Source of the DNA: a virus
Taxonomy: Duplodnaviria; Caudoviricetes
Virus record (IMG/VR): IMGVR_UViG_3300012163_000002
Span: 1-58,995 of that record
Strand: one strand, 5' to 3'
Length of the DNA: 58,995 nt
Shown here: piece by piece, positions 10,336 to 19,202 of the stretch
How the letters are laid out: each line of letters opens with the position of its first letter
Numbering within the stretch: the first letter of the stretch is position 1
Notes under the pieces: model-generated
The model's input: only the letters and a program-made list of their open reading frames with translations
Database searches by the model: none
Told to the model about the DNA's origin: nothing
Translations under genes and position numbers: made by a program

Positions 10336-10354
10336 ACATACACGCGAGCCCACT

Positions 10355-11473
10355 ATGGCAACCGGACCCCTCACGAAAGTCTCCGACGTCGTCGTCCCGG
10401 CGATTTTCACTCCCTACGTTCAGCAGCTGACGGAACAGAAGGCGCGCATCGTCCAGAGCGGCATCCTGGCGCGCGACCCGTTCATCGACAACCTGCTCGC
10501 CGGCGGCGGTCTGACGTTCAACGTCCCGTCGTTCCGCGACCTGGACAACGACACCGAGAACGTCAGCACGGACAGCGTCGCCGACATCATCGGCCTGACC
10601 GCGGCGGCCGTCGGCGGTCTCTTCTCGGGCATCCCCGGCGGCACGACGCTGAGCGACTCCGTCCCGAAGAAGATCCAGACGGACACCGAGATTGCGGTTC
10701 GCCTGAACCGCAACCAGTCGTGGTCGACCGCCCGCCTGGCGCGTGCGCTCGCCGGCGCGGACCCGATGAGCGCGATCGCCGAGCGCGTCGCGTTCTACTG
10801 GGCGCGCCGTCTGCAGGCCGCGTTCATCGCGACCATGCAGGGCGTCTCGAAGGACAACGGCGTCAACGACGCGGGCGACTACTCGAACGACATCGTGGGC
10901 GCCGCCTTCGTCGACGGCGTGACCAACTTCAGCGCGGAAGCGTTCCTCGACGCGGCGCTGACGATGGGCGACTCGATGGAAGCCCTGACCGGCGTCATGG
11001 TGCACTCGGTCGTCTACAACCGGATGCAGAAGAACAACCTGATCGACTTCATCCCCGACAGCGAAGGCCGGATCACGATCCCGACCTTCCTCGGTCGCGA
11101 GGTGATCGTCGACGACGGGATGCCGACGGGCACGAGCGCGGTGCGCGGCGTTGGCACGGCCGGCGTGGCGGGCGTCTACGAGACCTGGCTGTTCGGAGCT
11201 GGCGCCGTCGCGCTCGGTGTCGGATCGAACCCGGACTCGACCGAAGTCGCGCGCCAGCCCGCGGCCGGCAACGGCGGCGGTCAGGACGTGCTGCACTCGC
11301 GCGTGCAGTGGTGCATCCACCCGAGCGGTCAGGCCTACATCGGCACGGCTCCGAGCGGCGGTCCGTCGAACGCGGCGTCGACGAACAACCTGAACATCGC
11401 GACCTCGTGGGACCGTCGTCGTCCCGAGCGGAAGCAGATCAAGTTCGCGCGCCTGATCACGCGCGAGTCCTGA
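10355..11473 (+). CDS. Major capsid protein
   Basis: 372 aa; TKVSDVVVPAIF, DPMSAIA, MVHSVVY, IPTFLGREVIVDDGMP; follows scaffold. Confidence 0.93.
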   Translation: MATGPLTKVSDVVVPAIFTPYVQQLTEQKARIVQSGILARDPFIDNLLAGGGLTFNVPSFRDLDNDTENVSTDSVADIIGLTAAAVGGLFSGIPGGTTLSDSVPKKIQTDTEIAVRLNRNQSWSTARLARALAGADPMSAIAERVAFYWARRLQAAFIATMQGVSKDNGVNDAGDYSNDIVGAAFVDGVTNFSAEAFLDAALTMGDSMEALTGVMVHSVVYNRMQKNNLIDFIPDSEGRITIPTFLGREVIVDDGMPTGTSAVRGVGTAGVAGVYETWLFGAGAVALGVGSNPDSTEVARQPAAGNGGGQDVLHSRVQWCIHPSGQAYIGTAPSGGPSNAASTNNLNIATSWDRRRPERKQIKFARLITRES

Positions 11474-11489
11474 TCTTGACGTCAACGTG

Positions 11490-11515
11490 GGCGGCGCGGC
11501 ATCAGTCGCGCCGCC
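11490..11515 (+). terminator. GC-rich hairpin after capsid gene
   Basis: GGCGGCGCGGC-ATCA-GTCGCGCCGCC; no U-tract. Confidence 0.35.
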
Positions 11516-11564
11516 TCCAGTGAACGAACAATCCGCAACCGCAACCGCACACGAGGACACAAAC

Positions 11565-12077
11565 ATGAGCAAGGGCATTCCCCGTTCTTTGACGCGCGGA
11601 CCTCAGCTTCGCTCGCCGATCCAGAAGATGACGATCAAGGTGCGCAACGTGCCGATCACCGTTGCCGGCCTGACCGGTGTCGGTTTCGGCTCGGCCGTGA
11701 TCGGCGACTTCCCGCAGGGCAACATCCTGATTCTCGGCGGAGTCGCCAACCTGCAGTTCAACGGTCCGACGAGTGCGAATCTCGTGGACACGTGGACGGG
11801 CAACTTCGGCATCGGCACGACGCCCGCCGACGACGGCACCATCACGAATGCCGACGTCGACCTGATCGCTTCGACGGCACTGTCGGCCGCCACGGCCGAG
11901 CTGTCGCCTCTGACGCGTGGCACGAACGCGGTTCAGTCCGTGGCCGACAACACCGACGACTCGCTCGAGGTCAACCTCAACCTGCTGGTCGCCGACGCGT
12001 CGATCGACGCGAACGGTGTGGTGATCACGGCCAACGGCGAGGTGTACCTGTCGTACGTGCTGCTGGGCGACGACTGA
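11565..12077 (+). CDS. Head decoration / virion structural protein
   Basis: MSKGIPRSL N-terminus, beta-rich, SD GAGGA, follows capsid gene. Confidence 0.75.
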   Translation: MSKGIPRSLTRGPQLRSPIQKMTIKVRNVPITVAGLTGVGFGSAVIGDFPQGNILILGGVANLQFNGPTSANLVDTWTGNFGIGTTPADDGTITNADVDLIASTALSAATAELSPLTRGTNAVQSVADNTDDSLEVNLNLLVADASIDANGVVITANGEVYLSYVLLGDD

Positions 12078-12214
12078 TGATGCGAGCTGGTGGGGGGAGG
12101 GGCGAGTTGACATGGTCTCGTCCCTCCCTCAGCCAGCACCCGAACAAGACGAAGCTGCTCCGGCGCGTAGCGTCGTCTGGATCTCTGAGCGCCTGACGAC
12201 CAAAGGAAACACCG

Positions 12215-13123
12215 ATGACGCAGCTCTCTCCCCTCCTCGCCGCTGCCCTGGCGAGCCTCGACACGACGAACGACGGGCACTGGACGAACGACGGACAGGC
12301 ACGTGTCGACGTCGTGAATGCCGAGCTCGCCAACCTGGGCGGCGACACGGTCACGCGACAGGACATCATCGACGGCGCGCCGCTGTTCACGCGCGAGACG
12401 GCGCCGGCGATGATCGAGCAGTACCACGCTGCGGTCGGTCCGCTGGCCCCGCGCCCGGACGATGCCGATGACACGCCGCGGGAGCCGGACGAATCGCTCG
12501 CCCGGACGCCCCCGCCCGCCCCCCCTCCGTTGGCCCCCCGCGCCCCTTCCCCTGTCGCTCACCAGGTCGGGCAGTCCCTGGATACCCAGCCCTCCCTGCC
12601 TCCGGCCGGCGCGGCCACACGAGCCCCCAAGCGGCCGGCTACGCTGGCCGCCCTGGAGATCAATCCGGCCAACGGCAAGCCGGGCGCGGCGCGCGTCGAC
12701 GAGCTGCTCGGCGAAGAATCGGCGCTCAACGTCCCGCTCATCGAGCTGATGCAGTCGGAGGAGCTGCTGCGGGCGGCAATCTCCGAGATGAACGACAAGA
12801 GCCAGGAGCTGATCCGCACGAAGCTCCGTTGCGACCAGCAGCTGTCCGAGCTGCACGCGAAGTCGGAGCTGTGCACGCGCCAGCTCGATCAGATCCGCAC
12901 GAAGGAGGATCCGCACGACAACGTGCGTGCCTACCTCCAGCAGTCGCAGCGTGCTCGTGAGGAGCGTCGCCGTCGCGCGGAGAAGTTCATCGATGCCGGC
13001 ACGACCGTGAGGGACGTGATCCGGCAGCTGCGTCCGAGCTCGGCGCTCGACGACGCGATGAGCCGCCGCAAGCCGGCTCCGGGTTCGACTCGTCCGGCGC
13101 TTCGCGCGCCTGTTGGAGCTTGA
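12215..13123 (+). CDS. Head-module hypothetical protein
   Basis: LD..NDGHWT..G..VTR..I..AP.FTR N-domain, Pro-rich linker, coiled coil; strong SD. Confidence 0.8.
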   Translation: MTQLSPLLAAALASLDTTNDGHWTNDGQARVDVVNAELANLGGDTVTRQDIIDGAPLFTRETAPAMIEQYHAAVGPLAPRPDDADDTPREPDESLARTPPPAPPPLAPRAPSPVAHQVGQSLDTQPSLPPAGAATRAPKRPATLAALEINPANGKPGAARVDELLGEESALNVPLIELMQSEELLRAAISEMNDKSQELIRTKLRCDQQLSELHAKSELCTRQLDQIRTKEDPHDNVRAYLQQSQRAREERRRRAEKFIDAGTTVRDVIRQLRPSSALDDAMSRRKPAPGSTRPALRAPVGA

Positions 13124-13126
13124 ACC

Positions 13127-13753
13127 TTGTTCGAGCGTGCACGTCCGATTTCGATGAGCGCCCGTCAGCGGGGCGCCGTTCTCTTGAACGCCCGCGAGCG
13201 TCGTCTTGCGCTCGCGGGCGAGCCTGAGCAGTTTCGGACGCACGTGTATCAGATCCCGACGGCGACGATTCCGCCAGCTGCGTTTCCGGTGCGAACCGGA
13301 CCCGTGACCTGGCGGACTGCGATTCGCATCACGAACGGCGGGTCGTGCGCTGGCTTGATCTTCGAATTCGGGGACTCGGGTACTGGCAATTGCTGCGCAT
13401 GGATCAACTTCGACGGCAGCCTGCACTTCCGTGCGGGTGGCTTGTCAACGGCCTTTGCTCATGCGATCTGGACTAAAGGTCTGTTTCCCACTGGTCAGAA
13501 GCTCGAGCTGATCTTCGTTGCGCAGCCTTCCATTCGACTCGCCGCGATCTACGTCGACGGTAAGGAACGCGCGCGAGCGTTCAGCTCCGGCCCGATGAAT
13601 GAGTGGGCGCGAAACGCCAACGGTGCGTTCGCGGCCGCGGCCAACGGCCCGATGCCTGCAGACGTCATCCAGACCGGTGCGCCGAATGGCTTCGACGTGA
13701 TCAAGCCCCTGTCCGTGTACTGGAAGCAGCGGCCGAGGCACTTCCGCGCATGA
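13127..13753 (+). CDS. Beta-sandwich (LamG/ConA-like) virion protein, paralog 1
   Basis: Beta-rich; clear paralog of the next ORF. Start uncertain (TTG 13127 or a later ATG). Confidence 0.7.
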   Translation: MFERARPISMSARQRGAVLLNARERRLALAGEPEQFRTHVYQIPTATIPPAAFPVRTGPVTWRTAIRITNGGSCAGLIFEFGDSGTGNCCAWINFDGSLHFRAGGLSTAFAHAIWTKGLFPTGQKLELIFVAQPSIRLAAIYVDGKERARAFSSGPMNEWARNANGAFAAAANGPMPADVIQTGAPNGFDVIKPLSVYWKQRPRHFRA

Positions 13754-14364
13754 CTCTCGACAACGAAGGTGCCATTCTCCAGGCGGGTCGCTTCAACGCG
13801 ACCGAGCGACGGCAGTCTCTCGCCGGCGTCCCTGAGTTGTTCCGCACGCATAGTTTCGCGATTCCGACAGCGACCATTCCCGCGGCTGCTTTCCCTGCGC
13901 GAACCGCTCCGGTGACTTTCAAGACCGCGCTGCGGATTACCAACGGCGCGACGGCTGCAGGTCTGCTCTTCGAATTCGGTGACGCAGCGAACGGCGCCGT
14001 TGCCGCGTGGCTCGAATCGACGGGCGTGCTGCACTTTCGAGCTGGCGGTGTCGGGACCGACTTCGCGCATGCGATCTGGAACAACGGCGGCGCCTTCACG
14101 ATCGGGCGCAAGATGGAGCTGATGTTCCTGGTCATTCCCGGCAGTCGACTCGCGGCGATCTTCCTCGGCGGCAAGGAGCGGGCTCGCAATGTCTGCGTCA
14201 GCCCGATGGCTGAGTGGGCGCGGAATTCGAACGGTTCGTTCGCGGCGGCCGCGAACGGTGTGCTGCCCGCCGACGTCTTGCAGACCGGGGCGCCTGTCGG
14301 CTTTGAGCTGATCCAACCTCTGTCGGTCTACAACAAGCAAGTGGTGAGGGGGTTCCGCGCATGA
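13750..14364 (+). CDS. Beta-sandwich (LamG/ConA-like) virion protein, paralog 2
   Basis: Shares FRTH..IPTATIP.AAFP, GL.FEFGD, LHFRAGG, FAHAIW, EWARN with paralog 1. Confidence 0.75.
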   Translation: MTLDNEGAILQAGRFNATERRQSLAGVPELFRTHSFAIPTATIPAAAFPARTAPVTFKTALRITNGATAAGLLFEFGDAANGAVAAWLESTGVLHFRAGGVGTDFAHAIWNNGGAFTIGRKMELMFLVIPGSRLAAIFLGGKERARNVCVSPMAEWARNSNGSFAAAANGVLPADVLQTGAPVGFELIQPLSVYNKQVVRGFRA

Positions 14365-15269
14365 CGTTCGTGCTGGAGACTGGCGCGGGGACTCCGAACG
14401 CGAATGCATACTGCCTCGCGAGCTTCGTGACCGCGTACCTGACGGACCGCGCTCGCCAGACCGAGAATCTGTGGAGCACCGTGGGCACGCCGCGGCAGGA
14501 ACAGGCGATCATCGCGGCGACGGACTACATCGAGAAGCGGTGGGGCCCGCGCTTCATGGGCTGTCCGCTGCGTTCGATGATAATCGGCCGCGCGGCGAGC
14601 GGCACGGTCACGTTCAGCGCGCTGCCGCTGACCACGCAGCTCGTGACCATCGGTGCGCAGGTCTTCCGTTTCGTGGCCGTGCTCGCGCAGGAGAACGACG
14701 TCCTGATCGGTGCCGACGTCGCGGAGTCGATCGACAACCTAGTCGCAGCTTCGATCGGCGCGGACGGCGCGGGCACGATCTACCACGAGGACACGCGGCA
14801 GAATTTCGAAGCTACGCTCACGCACAACACCGACGACACGTCCGTTCTCGACGTCGTCGCCGACATGGGCGGCGAGAGCGGCAACGCGATCGTGCTCACG
14901 ACGACGGTCACGGGCGCGACGGTCTCGGGCGCCACGCTGCTCGGCGGCATCGACACGGCACCGCAGCCGCTCAGCTTCCCGAAGGCCGACCTGTTCACGT
15001 CGAAGGGGCTGCAGGTCTTTGGCATCCCGCTGAAGCTGAAGCAAGCGACGGCAGAATACGCGGTGCGTTCGTTGCTTGCGATCCTTGCGCCCGATCCCGT
15101 GATCGATTCGACGGGCGCTGCGATCCAGAGCAAGACCGACATCGTCGGTCCGATCGAGGAGTCGCGCACGTACGTCGACGGCGCGCTGCCGCGCGTGTTC
15201 TATCCCTACCCTGCGGCCGACGAGCTGCTGTCCGAGTACGTGCTGTCCGCCGGCGGCAGCTATCGCTAG
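14361..15269 (+). CDS. Head-tail adaptor (DnaT-like) with inserted domain
   Basis: LETGAG.PNANAY, AIIAATDYIE, QPLSFP, IP..LKQAT.E.A, VGPI, YPAAD.LL. Confidence 0.8.
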   Translation: MTFVLETGAGTPNANAYCLASFVTAYLTDRARQTENLWSTVGTPRQEQAIIAATDYIEKRWGPRFMGCPLRSMIIGRAASGTVTFSALPLTTQLVTIGAQVFRFVAVLAQENDVLIGADVAESIDNLVAASIGADGAGTIYHEDTRQNFEATLTHNTDDTSVLDVVADMGGESGNAIVLTTTVTGATVSGATLLGGIDTAPQPLSFPKADLFTSKGLQVFGIPLKLKQATAEYAVRSLLAILAPDPVIDSTGAAIQSKTDIVGPIEESRTYVDGALPRVFYPYPAADELLSEYVLSAGGSYR

Positions 15270-15676
15270 TGGTCAACTTCACCAACGCTGCAGCGACCGC
15301 GAAGCGTCTCGTCGAGGCGAATGGACGGTCTGTCGCGCTGGTCAGAGAGAACCGCACGGCCGACACGCCGGGAGAGCCCTGGCGCGGTAGCTCGAGCACG
15401 CCGGCGACGGGCACGGGCGGGGACCCTGGCACGAGCGTACTTGCATGCTTCGTGTCGGATGGCGGCGGCCTCGGCCGAGAGGTGCGTGACGCCGTAGGCC
15501 AGCTCGTGACCGAGTTCGATCAGATGTGCCTCGTGGCCGCGACGTCGGCCCCTGGTGTCGACCTGGAGAGGTACGACCGCCTGCTCGATGGCGGCGTGTC
15601 CTGGAAGATCGTGGGTCGCGCGCAGCTGAAGCCGTCGACGACGAGTGTCCTCTGGATCCTGGCGCTGAAGCGATGA
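15269..15676 (+). CDS. Head closure / head-tail connector protein
   Basis: ATAKRLVEANGRSV..PW..LKP; neck-module position; GTG overlaps the upstream TAG. Confidence 0.7.
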   Translation: MVNFTNAAATAKRLVEANGRSVALVRENRTADTPGEPWRGSSSTPATGTGGDPGTSVLACFVSDGGGLGREVRDAVGQLVTEFDQMCLVAATSAPGVDLERYDRLLDGGVSWKIVGRAQLKPSTTSVLWILALKR

Positions 15677-16119
15677 CGACCATCACTCAAGCCCGCGACG
15701 CTCTGATTGGCGCAATGGACGCAGCGCTCGCCGCCGATGCGATCACGACCGCGATCGCGCGTCAGTACGACGACGTGCGCGCGGATCAGCCGACCGCCGT
15801 CGACGCAGCAGGCAAGCCGGTGCCGTTCATCCGCATGACGGTGCGGCATGTCGACGGCGGACAGGACACGATGGGCAACGTCGGCAATCGGCGTTTCGTC
15901 TCGCGCGGCATCCTGACCGTGCAGGTCTTCACGGCGCCAGGCGACGGGCACAAGCTCAGCGACACGATCGTGCCCATCGTGCGTCGTGCGATGCAGTCGT
16001 TGCGATCCCCGAACGCCGTTTGGCTCTTCGACGTGAGCCCGCCGCTCGAGATCGGTGTCACCGGCGCCTGGTTCCAGGTGAACGTGCGCGGCGCGTTCAC
16101 TTACGAGGAGGTCGCCTAG
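15673..16119 (+). CDS. Tail terminator protein
   Basis: R..VRH..G.Q.TMG..RRF..GIL.VQVF..G and WFQVNV..F.YEE. Confidence 0.75.
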   Translation: MTTITQARDALIGAMDAALAADAITTAIARQYDDVRADQPTAVDAAGKPVPFIRMTVRHVDGGQDTMGNVGNRRFVSRGILTVQVFTAPGDGHKLSDTIVPIVRRAMQSLRSPNAVWLFDVSPPLEIGVTGAWFQVNVRGAFTYEEVA

Positions 16120-16583
16120 TGGGCGTCCAAGACGACTTCGACGATTTGAAGGGTCGCGCTCCGACTGGTCGTGTGCTCAAGAACGTGGATGAGGTCGTCG
16201 CGATCATCCAGGGCGGAAGTGCAGAGGTTATCCGCAAGCTACAGCTGCGCGCGCTGCAGACACTACAGAGCGCAACGCCCGTCGACACCGGACATGCGCG
16301 CAGCGCCTGGACTCCGAGCGTCGGCTCGCCCGTCGAGGAACGGCTGGATCGTCCTGCGAATGAGGTCGACGCGAAGAGCTCCGCGTCCGGCAGGCTTTCA
16401 GAAAACCGCGCGAAGGCCGAGGCCATCGCGGATTCGTACTTGCTCCCGCAGGGCACCGTGTTCATTTCGAACAACGTGCCCTACGTGATCTTTCTCGATC
16501 AAGGTTCGAGCTCGCAGGCGCCGTCCAATTTCATTGAGCGTGCGCTCGTCGCAGCCATCGTGTCAGTCGAAAAGAGCAGCTGA
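16119..16583 (+). CDS. Tail completion protein (HK97 gp10-like)
   Basis: TPVDTGHARSAW, ISNNVPY..L..GSS.QAP. Confidence 0.85.
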   Translation: MGVQDDFDDLKGRAPTGRVLKNVDEVVAIIQGGSAEVIRKLQLRALQTLQSATPVDTGHARSAWTPSVGSPVEERLDRPANEVDAKSSASGRLSENRAKAEAIADSYLLPQGTVFISNNVPYVIFLDQGSSSQAPSNFIERALVAAIVSVEKSS

Positions 16584-16621
16584 CTTCACAGACCGTACTT
16601 CTAACAACGGAGACCTGACCT

Positions 16622-18220
16622 ATGGGACGCGTCCTCACGAACAACACCTCTCTGGCCTACGCGATCGAACAGTCGCTCGGCGTACTGCCCGTGTCGCCGA
16701 CGTGGTTCCTGACGGAGCCGAACACGATCAGCGCGTACGGCGCCAATCCGACCAAGGTGGCGCGCAGCCCGATCTCGAAGCTGCGCCAGCGGCGGAAGGG
16801 GACGATCGTCGACCAGGAGTCGCCGACGGAGTTCGAGGAAGACCTGACGATGACGGCGATCAGTCACTTCGTCGAGGCCTTTGTGTACGCGAGCGCGACG
16901 AACAACGATCTGATCTTCCGCGCGGCGCCGGCTCTCACGACGGGGTTCACGATCCCCGCAGCGACGGCCGCCCAGGCAGCCAAGATCCAGTTCGGCGCGG
17001 CTGGCGGCCCTGCCTCGCTGCTGTACGCGTTCGGCTACGCGAACGCCGCCAACAACGGTCTGCACATTCTCGCTGCCGACACGGGACTCGCCGGCGTGCT
17101 GCTCGACACCGTGGCGACGCTCACCGCCGAGACGCCTCCGACGAACGCGGAGGTGCATGTGTGCGGCATCCGCGCAGAGGCGGGTGACCTGGCCCTCGCG
17201 GTCGTCGGCACGATCGGCACGCTGACCAGCGGCAACGGTGCGTCGGTGAACCCGATCAACTTCACGACGCTCGGCCTGACCGTGGGCCAGCGCATCCACG
17301 TGGGCGGCGACACCAGCACGAACCGTTTCGGTGCCACGGCATCCCCCGGCACGCGCAGCTACGGTGGCGCGCGCGTGCGCGCGATCGCTGCCGGCGCGCT
17401 GACGCTCGACAAGCTGGACTCGCGTCTCCTCGCGAGCGACGGCACGGACACGGGATCCGCGGGAGCCGAGGTTCGCGTCGACCTGCTGTTCGGCCAGTTC
17501 ATCCGCAACGTGTCGGTCGACAACGCGGCGTATCTCGAGCGCAGTGTGCAGTTCGAGTCCACGCTGCCGAACCTGTACGAGACCACGCCGCCGACGCCGG
17601 TCGCCAACCCGAACGGCTACTGGTACAACATCGGCCAGCGGGCGAACGTCATGGAGCTGGCGAACCCGCTCGCCAACAAGGCGACGATCAAGTTCGGATT
17701 CGTCGGCACGACCAGCGACGCGATCGTGAACGACGCCAGCCGCAAGACGAACGCAGCCACGCCGATCCAGCCGATCCGCACGGGTGCGTTCAACACGGCC
17801 GCCGACTTCTTCCGTCTCGGCATCCTCGATGTCGACGAGACGGGGCTCACGTCCGACTTCAAGGACATGGTCACGACGTTCGCGAACAACGTCGCCGGCG
17901 AGAAGGTGCTCGGGTTCCTCGGGAACAAGTACATCAACAACGGCAACTTCGAGATCGACGTCGAGACGACGGTGCTGTTCACCTCGCCGACGGTCGTGGC
18001 GCGCGTGCTCGCTGGCACGACCGTGACGGCTGGCTGGGTGCAGCGCAACGCCGATGGCGCGATCAGCATCGACATCCCGTCGGCCGAGCTCTCCTACAAG
18101 GGCGTCGAGCTGCCGGTGAACGAGTCGGTGCGCATCCCGCTGACGCTGTCCGCGTTCGTCGACAGCTTCTTCCAGACGTCGATCGGCGTGTCGCTGTTCG
18201 CGTTCTACCCGGCCGCGTAG
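16622..18220 (+). CDS. Major tail tube protein
   Basis: 532 aa; MGRV.TN..SL.YA.E..LG.LP, R.PISK.RQRRKG; precedes chaperone and tape measure. Confidence 0.85.
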   Translation: MGRVLTNNTSLAYAIEQSLGVLPVSPTWFLTEPNTISAYGANPTKVARSPISKLRQRRKGTIVDQESPTEFEEDLTMTAISHFVEAFVYASATNNDLIFRAAPALTTGFTIPAATAAQAAKIQFGAAGGPASLLYAFGYANAANNGLHILAADTGLAGVLLDTVATLTAETPPTNAEVHVCGIRAEAGDLALAVVGTIGTLTSGNGASVNPINFTTLGLTVGQRIHVGGDTSTNRFGATASPGTRSYGGARVRAIAAGALTLDKLDSRLLASDGTDTGSAGAEVRVDLLFGQFIRNVSVDNAAYLERSVQFESTLPNLYETTPPTPVANPNGYWYNIGQRANVMELANPLANKATIKFGFVGTTSDAIVNDASRKTNAATPIQPIRTGAFNTAADFFRLGILDVDETGLTSDFKDMVTTFANNVAGEKVLGFLGNKYINNGNFEIDVETTVLFTSPTVVARVLAGTTVTAGWVQRNADGAISIDIPSAELSYKGVELPVNESVRIPLTLSAFVDSFFQTSIGVSLFAFYPAA

Positions 18221-18238
18221 GCCGAACCGGAAACGATA

Positions 18239-18270
18239 GGGGGAGCGGCCGCGCGCGCGCCGCTCCCCTT
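18239..18270 (+). terminator. Hairpin terminator after tail tube gene
   Basis: GGGGAGCGGC / GCCGCTCCCC stem with a short pyrimidine tail. Confidence 0.5.
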
Positions 18271-18306
18271 CCACTACCTGCGCGCGAAATCACCAAAGGA
18301 AACACC

Positions 18307-18789
18307 ATGACTCAACCCAGCTTCGAACACCTCGCGAGGTACAACCCGAAGGCGAATACCGCCGACTTCCACTTGCCGATCAAGCCGCGACTGCTCAACG
18401 CAGAAACGGGTGCGTTGATCCTGCCGAAGCTCATCATGCGCAATGCCGGCCAGGCGAATGCTGGCTACTTCAATGCGGTGGCCCGCGCGAACGCGAAGAC
18501 CGGGCAGATGCGCCGCATCGCTCAGGGTCGCATCGACGCGGAGATGGTCGAGCGCAATCGCCAGCAGGACGTGCAGCTGTTCCCCAGGCACGTGATCGAG
18601 GGCTGGGAAGGGATCTACGATTCGAACGGCAACGCGGTCGAGTTCAACGCCGACAACTGCACGGCGTTCCTCGCCGCGCTCCCGCCGTGGATCATGGACG
18701 AGATCCGGAACTTCGCCGCGGTGCCCGCGAACTTCCTCGGCGAAGACGAGCTCGCGGCCGAAGACGTCGAGGAGACCGCAAAAAACTGA
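18307..18789 (+). CDS. Tail assembly chaperone (gpG-like)
   Basis: Between tail tube and tape measure; AG.AN..Y, VI.GWEG; ends in a slippery site. Confidence 0.85.
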   Translation: MTQPSFEHLARYNPKANTADFHLPIKPRLLNAETGALILPKLIMRNAGQANAGYFNAVARANAKTGQMRRIAQGRIDAEMVERNRQQDVQLFPRHVIEGWEGIYDSNGNAVEFNADNCTAFLAALPPWIMDEIRNFAAVPANFLGEDELAAEDVEETAKN

Positions 18790-19184
18790 GCAGCCGGCTT
18801 CAATGGGAACTTCGATTCAGACGCGACGAGTTTTCTATCGAGGCCGGCCTCGAGAAAGGGCGCGAGCCGCCCGACTGGTTCCTAGAGCAGCCGGTGCTCT
18901 TGCCTGGCGAGGAGTGGTACATCGCGGCGTACTGGGATCTCGCAACCGAACGCACGGGTGCTGGATCTCAGACGCTCGGCCGAATTCCCTGGTCGCGCGT
19001 GATGACTTACGGTGCGTACTCAGGGCTCGACGAGTCGATGCTGCCGATCTTCTGGAGGATCATCAGGCAGATGGACGCCGGGTATCTCGAGTACATGAAG
19101 GGCGAGCACGATCGGTACGTGAGGACGCACAGTCCGCCGAAGACGCCGTCGAAAAAAGACGGTGGTCGGTACAACCGCGAGTGA
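18780..19184 (+). CDS. Tail assembly chaperone gpT-like extension via -1 frameshift
   Basis: A AAA AAC at 18780-18786 directly before TGA; -1 frame open to 19184 with AYWDL.TER..IPWS..MD..YL. Confidence 0.85.
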   Translation, partial: KKLSSRLQWELRFRRDEFSIEAGLEKGREPPDWFLEQPVLLPGEEWYIAAYWDLATERTGAGSQTLGRIPWSRVMTYGAYSGLDESMLPIFWRIIRQMDAGYLEYMKGEHDRYVRTHSPPKTPSKKDGGRYNRE

Positions 19185-19202
19185 AGTAGAACCTGAGACG
19201 AC

